Source: Desulfobacterales bacterium
GTDB taxonomy: Bacteria; Desulfobacterota; Desulfobacteria; Desulfobacterales; JAHEIW01
Reading direction: 5' to 3'
DNA: 64,000 nt
NCBI GenBank assembly: GCA_050122475.1
Contig: JASFIV010000001.1
Location: 30,637-94,636, forward strand
The position numbers and the translations under genes were made by a program. Under the pieces are notes generated by a model that saw nothing but the letters and a program-made list of their open reading frames with translations, ran no database searches and was not told where the DNA came from. Numbering within the stretch: position 1 is the stretch's first letter; each line of letters starts with the position of its first letter. Below are positions 46,346-55,600 of this stretch, in pieces.

Positions 46346-47842
46346 TTATGGCATGGCGGGTTTGGTGCGGGTTTCCTGGGCAGCAATGTCTGGATCAATG
46401 CGCCAGGTGACAAGAGGTGAAAGGGTATACAACAGCATGTAAATCAAAGCGGCCTGACCATAATAGGGTGTAAATACCGAACAGATCACAATCAGTGTTC
46501 CACGCCCAAACCAGGGGTGTCGGCTCATAAAACGACCCAGGTGCAGGTAGCGGATCGGATAGGCGTTCATCAGGACGGCGGCGACAATGACCAGTCCAAA
46601 GCAAAAAACACCCCAGAATGGGATCCAATCGGAGCCGTCATTGATGGCCTGGCCGAATATGATCAATCCAGACATCACCAGCAAAGCGGCTGCCGGCGTT
46701 GGCATACCTTTAAAAAATCCAGGGATGGGAGATTTATCCAATGTGAAATAAACCAGGCGGCCAATCCCCAGCAGCGCGTATATCCAGGCAACCCAGCCCA
46801 GCGGTAGCTTTTGAATGACCGGGTTCGGATGGCTGGATAAAACGATATAAAATATCCAGGCCGGCGCAATACAAAAGCTGACTGCATCTGAGATGTCATC
46901 CAGCAGACTTCCAAAAGTAATGGATTTTTGGGGTATTTCTTCATCCATCGGCTCGGTCAGACCCAGTTTGCGTGCCACTGCGCCGTCGAGTTTGTCAAAC
47001 AGGGCCGCACCGATCAGAAAAAGAGATGCTTCCCGGATGCGGGCCTGATACGCAAAAAATACCGCCAGCAAACCCATCATGGCATTCATCAGGGTCAATG
47101 CATTGGGAAAAAAGGCCAGAATGCGGCGCCGCATCTTCTCATCTCCCAGACACAGCTCATCCAGGCACAATCGGCCATATTTGCGAACATAGCCGGCAAT
47201 TGAACCGAAGTTAATGATCAAGAAGATGATTTCAATAAAAAACAGTCCCCGCAGCGGCAGGTTTCCCAGCCACGATATCCAGAAATAAATTTTAGAAGGC
47301 GGACCTTCGGGCACATAAAACGCATAGGCATACAGCAAAGCACCCACCGGAGCGGCAACAATCGTGCGCAAACGGGTAAACTCTTTATATTCGAGTTCCT
47401 GGTCATAGCGTACGGCAAAACCGCGCATAAAGTGTGCAAAATTATCCCGCACCAGAACGGTTACAGCCAGTAGCAGCACCAAAATGGCGTGCAGCATTTC
47501 GCCCCGGGTGGGGTCCGGCGAGCTGAAATGAACCCGCCACATGACACCAACCGCCAGCAACGGAAAGATAATCGAGTATACCAGTTTGTCCATCAGGCGA
47601 TCGGCCAGTTGCGCCAGGGGTGGATGGAGCTCAAACCGCGCGGCAAACCAACCATCAACCAGATCAAAGCTCATGGAAATAAACAAAAACAGCACACCGA
47701 TCGTATACATGACCGGGTTTTGCGTCCACATGACGGCAATGGCGCATATCATTCCGGCAAACACCAGCGGGGGCCGACCGTAAACGAAAAGTGCTGTTAA
47801 TTTTTGTGATATGATTTCCCTCTTGGTCATGGCGTGTTTCAT
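46346..47842 (-). CDS. Membrane protein with two tandem CDP-alcohol phosphatidyltransferase-like domains
   Basis: Domain 1 is FDLVDGWFAAR..LADRLMDKL and domain 2 is FDKLDGAVARKLG..FGSLLDDISD. The protein is polytopic. Confidence 0.7.
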   Translation of the reverse strand: MKHAMTKREIISQKLTALFVYGRPPLVFAGMICAIAVMWTQNPVMYTIGVLFLFISMSFDLVDGWFAARFELHPPLAQLADRLMDKLVYSIIFPLLAVGVMWRVHFSSPDPTRGEMLHAILVLLLAVTVLVRDNFAHFMRGFAVRYDQELEYKEFTRLRTIVAAPVGALLYAYAFYVPEGPPSKIYFWISWLGNLPLRGLFFIEIIFLIINFGSIAGYVRKYGRLCLDELCLGDEKMRRRILAFFPNALTLMNAMMGLLAVFFAYQARIREASLFLIGAALFDKLDGAVARKLGLTEPMDEEIPQKSITFGSLLDDISDAVSFCIAPAWIFYIVLSSHPNPVIQKLPLGWVAWIYALLGIGRLVYFTLDKSPIPGFFKGMPTPAAALLVMSGLIIFGQAINDGSDWIPFWGVFCFGLVIVAAVLMNAYPIRYLHLGRFMSRHPWFGRGTLIVICSVFTPYYGQAALIYMLLYTLSPLVTWRIDPDIAAQETRTKPAMP

Positions 47843-48187
47843 ATATTAAAAGATCTGCAAAATCATGTCAAGAAAGGGTCTTTTCGGCAGTCTTCAAACG
47901 GTGCACTTGGTTTGGAGACTCCTCTTGGCCCCGCTAAAAATATGAGGCCGAACGCCCAAAAAGCAAGGCTCGCTAGTGCAATCCGCGCTGTTTAAGCCCT
48001 TGTTGGAAACGGGTCGATTGATAACGAGTTGCCGTGTGTCCGACAGCTTAGGGATGCATCGAGCCTTCTCGATGCAAATGCAACAAGCTTGAGCATAAGG
48101 CTTTGCCATCCGGTAGGCTTTCTGATAAGGCAATTGCAGCATCTGCGACTGAATTAAAATTAAATGCCGATCAAACAGGCCACCCGT

Positions 48188-49765
48188 ATGTCCCGTTCAA
48201 TCTACAAAAAAGTTGGAATTGCTTCGGTCATAATGATGGCATCGGTTTTACTGAGCAACCTAATTGGATTGGTCAGGGAAATGGTGATTGCCTATTTTAG
48301 GGGCGCTGGGCGAGATGTTGATGCCTACCAGCTTTCCTTTTTAATTCCTGAAATATTGAATCATATTCTTGCCAGTGGTTTTCTTACCATTACGTTTATT
48401 CCGATTTTCTCGCGCTACCTTTCAAAGAATAATGAGAGTGAAGGATGGCATGTATTTTCTCTCATCTTAACGAACTTCGGAATGCTGCTCATTCTGTTCA
48501 TCTGTATCGCTGAAGTCTATACCGCTGAAATAATTATGGTGCTGGCGCCGGGAATTGATGACGCGGCGCTCAAAATAACGGTGATTCGAATGACCCGAAT
48601 CATACTTCCGGCTCAATTTTTCTTTTTTGTATCAGGGCTGTTAATGGCCGTGCAGTATGCCAAAGAAAGATTTACCACACCGGCCCTATCCCCTATTGTC
48701 TATAATCTGTGCATCATCCTGGGAGGGATTCTGCTGGGAAGCCGGTTCGGAATGCTCGGTTTTTCCTGGGGCGTTTTAGGCGGAGCTGTAGGCAATTTTA
48801 TGATCCAGTATGCCGGCGCTAAACGCGTCGGTATGAAGTTTAGGCTTTCATTTGAGTTAAGACATCCGGATCTTAAAAAATACATTCTACTAACACTCCC
48901 ACTTATGCTTGGCTTGACCATGACGTTTTCACGGGAATTCTTTTTCAGAATTTTTGGATCATATCTTCCGGCGGGCGGAATTTCAGGCATCAATTATGCC
49001 CTGAAGATTATGCTCATACCGGTCGCTCTATTCGGGCAGGCCATTGGAACAGCAGTGTATCCATTTCTGGCACGACTGGTGGCTGAAAACAATTTAGAGG
49101 AAATGAACCGTTTGCTGAACAACACCCTGCGTTATCTAGCATTGGTCATACCGGTTTCGGTTTTGTTAATGGTGCTTAGAAATGAAGTGGTGTCGATTAT
49201 ATATCAGCGCGGCCAATTTGATGCAGCTGCAACCGCTCTTACCGCTGATATTCTCATTTATCTGCTCGTTGGCGCGTTTGCCCTTGCGGCCTACACGATT
49301 GTGCCCAGAGCGTTTTATGCGACGCAAAACACCCTATTTCCTGCCGTTTATGGCAGTATCGCGGTACTACTAAGCCTTCCTTTTTATTTTTTAGGGATGC
49401 GATTCTTAGGCGCCAAGGGAATCGCCATTGCGATCTCGCTGTCGGAGATCTTACAGGTGGTTGTGCTTTACATGTTGTGGAACAAAAGAAGCGCAAATAC
49501 CGCAAGTCGACAGGTTTATGCGTTTTATGCGAAGATGATTGTTCTCAGCGCAATTCTGGGCCCTTTACTTTTTTGGTTTAAGGCCGATATGTTGAAAGGG
49601 ATTGATACGGCTACCTTTGTTGGAAGCCTGTTGGTCATTGCCCTGACCGGTGTTGCTTTTCTGGCCGTCATGGCGGCTGTGGCCTACGGACTGAAAGTCA
49701 ACGAAATCACCTATGTGGCCGGGCGAATTGTGAACCAAGTGAAAAAAACCATCGGATATCAATAG
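48188..49765 (+). CDS. murJ: Lipid II flippase MurJ (MviN family)
   Basis: The N-terminal region is typical (LSNLIGLVREMVIAYFRGAGRDVDAYQLSFLIPEIL) and there are about 14 TM segments. Confidence 0.8.
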   Translation: MSRSIYKKVGIASVIMMASVLLSNLIGLVREMVIAYFRGAGRDVDAYQLSFLIPEILNHILASGFLTITFIPIFSRYLSKNNESEGWHVFSLILTNFGMLLILFICIAEVYTAEIIMVLAPGIDDAALKITVIRMTRIILPAQFFFFVSGLLMAVQYAKERFTTPALSPIVYNLCIILGGILLGSRFGMLGFSWGVLGGAVGNFMIQYAGAKRVGMKFRLSFELRHPDLKKYILLTLPLMLGLTMTFSREFFFRIFGSYLPAGGISGINYALKIMLIPVALFGQAIGTAVYPFLARLVAENNLEEMNRLLNNTLRYLALVIPVSVLLMVLRNEVVSIIYQRGQFDAAATALTADILIYLLVGAFALAAYTIVPRAFYATQNTLFPAVYGSIAVLLSLPFYFLGMRFLGAKGIAIAISLSEILQVVVLYMLWNKRSANTASRQVYAFYAKMIVLSAILGPLLFWFKADMLKGIDTATFVGSLLVIALTGVAFLAVMAAVAYGLKVNEITYVAGRIVNQVKKTIGYQ

Positions 49766-49872
49766 AATCGTCTTGCCCTCGAAGATACCGACGCCATTGA
49801 TGATGCCGTTTGGCCCAACGCATACAAAAATCGGAATGAGCCAACCTCAGCAGTTTTATCGATGCCGGAGAC

Positions 49873-50862
49873 CTACCATCGAATCAGCGCACTACCCCAG
49901 GTCAACCCACCACCGAAGACGGGCAAACAGATTAAATCGTCGGCCTTGATGCTGCCGTCGCGCGCGGCTTCATCCAGAGAAATTGCGCACGAGGCTGAAG
50001 AAATATTGCCATATTTTTGCAGCGTCAGATAAAAACGCTCAAAGGGGATCTTTAACGATCGGGCAATATTTTGAAACATGCGGATATTGGCTTGATGGGG
50101 AATAAACCAGTCAACGTCAGCCACATTTAAATCGTTGAATTCAAGGGCTTCATTTATGGCGCCGATAAAATGCCGCACGGCCACACGAAAACTCAAACTC
50201 GCTTCGATTAATTTCAGAGTGTGCCGCTTATCGTCGACACTTTCGTGTGAAATCGGCGTGGTTTTCGAACCGCCCCCGGGCAGCAGCAAATCCTGTCCGT
50301 TGGCACCATCGGTGTGAATGTGACTGGACAGCAGCTCATGACCGTCCGTTTCGATGGTCAGTACGGCGGCACCGGAACCATCGCCCCACAGAATGCAGGT
50401 TGATCGATCCGTCCAATCAAGGGTTCGGGTCATGATTTCAGAAGCCACCACCAGGACGCTTTGGCAGCTTTTGTTTTTGAGGTACTGTTCGGCCACGTTT
50501 AAACCGAAAATAAAGCCGGAACATGCTGCAGTGATATCAAAGGTCACCGCCTGAGGGGCGTCCAGTTTGGCCTGCAGCCAGTTCGCAGCCGAGGGACAGC
50601 AGGTATCCGGTGTTATGGTGGCCATGATAATTAAGTCAATGTCTTTGGCCGTCAGACCGGCGGCCTCCAGAGCCTTCAGTGAGGCCGCACACCCCAGGTC
50701 GGCTGTGGTGACCTCCGGATCTGCTATTCTTCGTTCCACCACACCGGTGCGCTTGCGGATCCATTCATCGGTGGTGTCCAGCCCCATATCTGCCAGATCA
50801 TCGTTGGTCAGCCGTTTTGTCGGGACATGCGAGCCGGTTCCCAGAATGCGAATTGATTCCAC
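49873..50862 (-). CDS. fabH: 3-oxoacyl-ACP synthase III
   Basis: The catalytic triad contexts are present: AACSGF (Cys), PHQAN (His) and GNISSAS (Asn). The start is GTG with GGAG upstream. Confidence 0.88.
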   Translation of the reverse strand: MESIRILGTGSHVPTKRLTNDDLADMGLDTTDEWIRKRTGVVERRIADPEVTTADLGCAASLKALEAAGLTAKDIDLIIMATITPDTCCPSAANWLQAKLDAPQAVTFDITAACSGFIFGLNVAEQYLKNKSCQSVLVVASEIMTRTLDWTDRSTCILWGDGSGAAVLTIETDGHELLSSHIHTDGANGQDLLLPGGGSKTTPISHESVDDKRHTLKLIEASLSFRVAVRHFIGAINEALEFNDLNVADVDWFIPHQANIRMFQNIARSLKIPFERFYLTLQKYGNISSASCAISLDEAARDGSIKADDLICLPVFGGGLTWGSALIRW

Positions 50863-50943
50863 GTTTCATTACTCCGGAAATTCGAATTAGAAGTCGGTTG
50901 GACGTTTAATATTGTTGACCTTGTAAAAAGTCGAAATCATCAA

Positions 50944-51038
50944 GTGTTTAGTATTTAGTGTTTGGTGTTTGGTAGGAACCATTTGACTTTATATCGAAAT
51001 TTTAGAATGCTAACCACTAAACACCAAATAGGAAACAC
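50944..51038. repeat. Word-repeat hairpin (GTGTTTAGT/GTGTTTGGT words)
   Basis: gtgtttagtatttagtgtttggtgtttggtagg pairs with ctaaccactaaacaccaaataggaaacac. Confidence 0.8.
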
Positions 51039-51078
51039 ACTCAATAAAAGGTTGCCGTCCTGACCTGTCAGGAGATTA

Positions 51079-52236
51079 TCAGATATAACGGTCTACCATT
51101 TCAGAGATCATTCTTTCGATCCCCTGCGGGCCTTCCTCTTGCTCCACCGTTAGAATCAGGTTTTTAATTTTTTGATAGGTCGCCGGATCTCGTTTTAAAT
51201 CATCGGTCGAGTGATAGGCGCCCCCACGACGACCGGCTCGATAAATCAGGCGGTCGCTATCCGAAAGATTCTGGTAGGCTTGAACGACAGACAGCATTTT
51301 TTCTTTATCATCCGGCAGCTTGCCGCTGACCTCCTCGAGCAGATTCATGATATGATCACTGGTTACCGTGCTGGTAATGCCATCAAGAGTTTGAATGAAA
51401 AGTCCGATTTCTTCGGCCAGCATATCGTCGGTTTGCATCGTAAAGCTGCCATCTTCCAGCCGGCTGTGAAGTGGTACGTGGTCCGGTACCCGCAGACTGC
51501 GCAGCCGGATAAAATGGGGATTGATTTGATTGAGAACCCTGGCAGTTTCGATGGCATGCTCACGCCACATTTCCTGGCCGCCGAGACCGGGCATAACATA
51601 TTCGGACACCTCCATACCAGCTGCCAGTAGCCGTTTTCCGGCTTCTATATGCTGGGCACCGGAAACACCCTTTTTCATCAGCTTTAACAATGGATCATAT
51701 CCACTTTCCAATCCGATATGAACACGGTCCAGACCGGCTTTGCGGATTTGTTTTAATGCCTCGATGGACTTACGGATAACGGTTCTGGATCGGGAATAAG
51801 TCGTCACCCGTTTAATTTGCGGAAACTGTTGTTTTAGAAACTGCAAAACCGCCACCAGATCCGCTGTTTTCATGATCAGGTTATCGGCATCCTGCAAAAA
51901 ACAGGCATCCGTCTGATAATACAGCCAGGCCGCAATGCTGCGATATTGGCTGGAGGTGGGCTGATTGAAGATGGTGCTGATCACCGCATCATTGACAGCG
52001 CCCTTGTGCCCCAGTTTTGCTGAAAGCGCTTCGATCTCATCGGCCATTTGTTTTGCTGCTAAAATATCCTGTTTGATTTCATCGACTGTGCGCAGGGAGA
52101 ATTTATCGCGCTTGTAGACCGGACAAAACAGGCACTGGTTCCAGGGACAGTTGCGCGTCAAACGCAGCAACAGGCTGCGCGCTTCATTGGGCGGTCGGAT
52201 GGGGCCCTGTTCAAATGTAAGGGGCTTTTCGTTCAT
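51079..52236 (-). CDS. Radical SAM-type protein with non-canonical CX4CX2C cluster motif
   Basis: Near the N-terminus, LTRNCPWNQCLFCPVY has four rather than three residues between the first two Cys. No Cys-rich SPASM-like C-terminus is visible. Confidence 0.65.
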   Translation of the reverse strand: MNEKPLTFEQGPIRPPNEARSLLLRLTRNCPWNQCLFCPVYKRDKFSLRTVDEIKQDILAAKQMADEIEALSAKLGHKGAVNDAVISTIFNQPTSSQYRSIAAWLYYQTDACFLQDADNLIMKTADLVAVLQFLKQQFPQIKRVTTYSRSRTVIRKSIEALKQIRKAGLDRVHIGLESGYDPLLKLMKKGVSGAQHIEAGKRLLAAGMEVSEYVMPGLGGQEMWREHAIETARVLNQINPHFIRLRSLRVPDHVPLHSRLEDGSFTMQTDDMLAEEIGLFIQTLDGITSTVTSDHIMNLLEEVSGKLPDDKEKMLSVVQAYQNLSDSDRLIYRAGRRGGAYHSTDDLKRDPATYQKIKNLILTVEQEEGPQGIERMISEMVDRYI

Positions 52237-52292
52237 GGATCTTGTGCCATTTCGTTGATGGACTTATTTATGGGTCAGATTCTTCAATTTTT

Positions 52293-52328
52293 CAACAAAA
52301 AAAGGACGGCCTGTTACAGCCGCCCTTT
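52293..52328 (-). terminator. Rho-independent terminator downstream of the Cys-rich mini-protein gene
   Basis: On the minus strand, stem aaagggcggc / gccgtccttt (one mismatch) is followed by a T-run, 15 nt after the stop codon. Confidence 0.75.
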
Positions 52329-52342
52329 GGTTGTTTGGGGAT

Positions 52343-52564
52343 CTATGCAATGGGTGCCGGCTTACAAAGATGTTCCTGCTCCATTGCCACGCGCCCGCAG
52401 CCGCCACATACAAATTTCATAGCTGCCAGTTTGTCTTTGCACTGATGGGTGTGATCCGTTTCGGTGGCACCGCAGAAACTGCAATTGGCCTTATCGCCGC
52501 ACGGATTGCAAAGATGCCCGGGTGCATTGGCGACCGCACCGCAGTTTTTACATGTATAAGCCAT
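52343..52564 (-). CDS. 73-aa Cys-rich protein with three CxxCG-x8-H-x-C repeats (probable metal-binding mini-protein)
   Basis: The repeats are CKNCGAVANAPGHLCNPC, CSFCGATETDHTHQC and CGGCGRVAMEQEHLC. AAGGAG lies 8 nt upstream of the ATG and the gene has its own terminator. Confidence 0.7.
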   Translation of the reverse strand: MAYTCKNCGAVANAPGHLCNPCGDKANCSFCGATETDHTHQCKDKLAAMKFVCGGCGRVAMEQEHLCKPAPIA

Positions 52565-52660
52565 GATCTATCTCCTTAATTTGAATTCATGATAATTCAT
52601 CAATGTTCTGGAAAATATGAGTACGGTTGTCAAAAAAGTCAAGAAGAGTAGACACTGATT

Positions 52661-55600
52661 TTAGGGTGATGGACGGGGCGACCTCTTTTCCTCTGCCGCT
52701 GGTTTGTCTTTTGAACCGGGAAGAACCGGCTGGATGATAGTTATCGGCAGTTTGAGGGTTCTTTCCAGAATGCCAAGCAACCCGGATCCCACTGCAGTCG
52801 GTGATAGCGGGATGACATCCGGATCACCCAGATCCCCAACTGCCCTGAATGGAATCGAGATCAGATTACCGCCCAAAATGTTGCCGACCAGAGGGATGAT
52901 TTTAACGATCCGGTCGACGGTTTTAAACGGTGCGACCAGCACAATCAGATCAACCTTATTTTCGGTTAGATCGATATCACCTTCAATGGCGATACCCATG
53001 GACGGGCTGTCGATAGAGGTATCGGAGATAATCAGCTTGCCGTCTTCAAATACGCCATTGGCTATCATCGAATTATACGCAAAGCCCTTGCCTTTCAGAT
53101 CCGGAACTTCGCCTCGGTAGATTTCGGTGACATTCAGCAATGCAAATATTTTCGCCAGCATGCCGAAACGATATATCCGGCCGTCATTGGAGTTGAATGT
53201 CAGGTCTCCGGTCAGAGATTTGGGAAATGCGCTGGGCCTGGCCTTGGCCAAAAGCTCCCCACTGAGATTAAAGCTGCCCGCCATCAAATGCTGTTTTTCA
53301 AACAGGCAGGCAAGGCTGCTGTCCAGGTCCCCCTCTTTGGCGTCCGGATTAAAATAAAGCTCAAACGTATCGCCTGAAACCTTGAAAATGCCAGGAAATT
53401 GGATGCCGCAAAGGTCTGCTTTGCGTACGACAATTCGGGTAATATCTTTTTCAAAGGTGATGTCAGCGTGAACTGGACGCCAGGTAAAAGATTCATATGT
53501 AAAATTTTCCAGCTCGACAAGTAATCCCCCCTGCAGCTTCATCTTTTCTTCGGTTGCGGTCGCCTTTTCGGTGCTGGCTATCTGGTCAATTTGTTCCCAT
53601 TTTAAACGATCGGCTTTCAACTGCATTTCAAGCGATAATGCATCTTCAGAAAAACTCGCGCCGCCCTGAATATTAATCTGGCTATCTTCCCATCCGATGT
53701 GCACATCGCTTAAATCAATACGACCGCTCACCCCTGCAGCCGCGGGGGCATCCTTGGCAATAAAATGGGCTGTTTTAATCAGAAAGGGTTCTTTGAATGA
53801 ATCTGATACCAGATCCATTGCTTTTATGTCGCCGTCGATCCGAAATTGCCAGGCCTTGGAAGCACCAACCGGCCCTTTAAACGCCAAATCGGTGAGCATC
53901 AATTGGCCCTGGGTAGCTTTGTAACCCTTGAACATTTTAGCGAGCGTTTCAAAGGATACCAGCCAGGGGTAGAGCTCTGCAATTTGAATGCCTGCAGAAT
54001 CGGCCTTGATTTCGAATAAGGGTATTTTACCCCACTGCTTGCCCAGGGTCAGCCCGCCAATCGTTGATGTGCCGAATCTGGCATCGGTTTCTTGCAGGTC
54101 AATGCGCATATGGCGCCACAATACGTCCCCGCCGTTTAGTTCTATGTCGGTCGGAAACGTTGCCGAGCGGATATGCCATTTTTTAATGGCCCCGCTGAGA
54201 TTCATTTTATGCTTCGATTTTGAGCCGATCGGGCCCTCAAATTTCAAATTCGTAAATGCCAGGGTTCCTTTTAATACGGGGACGTCTTTGACGGTTTGCT
54301 TCAAGCTATTATGGGATTTCAACCAGGTATAGACTTCGTCCAGATTGATTACGCTTTCACCGGTGCTGGCAGTCACCGAAGCCGCCTTGCCCCATTTGAT
54401 TTTGGCAGACAGGCCTGCAAATAATGATTGCCCCACCTGGGTGTTCATCTTGATGACCTTCAACTGGTTCTTGTCACAACTAAATCGGCCCTGGGCGATC
54501 GTCAACCGGCCCGGCAGCTGCGGTGAACTCAGGCTGACATTTTGTATCGCACCAGTGGATATTACCTGCCAACGGGTGGGTTCTAAAAGCGGTCCTGCAA
54601 GGTTGACGTTTTGTAAAGAGACACCACCGTCGATGGTCTCGATCTGCCGCAGGTGACGTTCAAGTGCTTGATATTGCACCAGCCATGCTTGCATTTGGGC
54701 TAAATCGATATGGCTGGACGTTAAGGATACTTCTAAAAATGAGGATTTTTCCCACCCAAAGCGAGTCGACAGCCCGGATAAGCTTGATTTTCCAATGCGC
54801 GCATCACTGTTTGTCAATTCGATCTGGTCGCCGTCTAAAACGAAACTGCCGCCTTTAACCATGACCGGATAAGGAATTCGCTGATAAACAGCATTCACAG
54901 AAAAATCAGAAGCCATAACTTTCACATTAACGTCTTGCAAATCCTCGCCGATAATCAACATGCCCAGGGCATTGCCTTCAAATTTCTTAAAGCGCTTTAA
55001 TTCTTTCTGGAATTGTTTGTCCTTGACCAGATTAGCTAAAACAGAGGGAAGCTGGGCCAGATCCGCCTGGACGAGCGCTTCAACATGGAACGGAGCCGTA
55101 TCCTTTGTCAGCGGGATGGACAGTTTCCCTTTTTTCGCAAATGTATTGCCCATTTGTGCTTCGGCATTTTCACCGGTTAAAATGCCGTTTGCAATCATTG
55201 CGTCACCCTGTACATTTTCCAATTCCAGCGAGCCCACCGGGACAGAGATTTTTCCGCCCACCAGTTTTCCCTGTATCACGATTTGTTTTTCGTCAATCAG
55301 TTGGGCCCAATCCGATGCCTGGGTTTTTAGCGTGATCCGTTGAAAATCACCGTCCCGAAGAATGTTGAATATATCCGATACGGTTTCTGAGTCTTCGGTC
55401 AGCGCCAGCGCGATTTTTTGAGCTGTTGCCACCTTGATCCGCTGGCCTTCCACCTCCATATCAATAGAGGACTGCCGGGGATCGATATTCAACTTGCCTG
55501 CCAGGCTTATCGCTGGATCGGTCAAATCAAGCTGAGATAGATTCAACGACAGGCTGTTTCCATCAAAGCGCAAATTCGCCTGCAGGCGGGTATCATTTAT

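Noticed and set aside
51079-52564. RiPP locus (SCIFF/ranthipeptide-like): Cys-rich small peptide plus radical SAM maturase.
   Set aside because: A strong intrinsic terminator separates the two genes. The radical SAM protein has no SPASM/twitch auxiliary Cys clusters. The small protein looks like a folded triple metal-knuckle repeat, not a leader-core peptide. The idea is not fully excluded.
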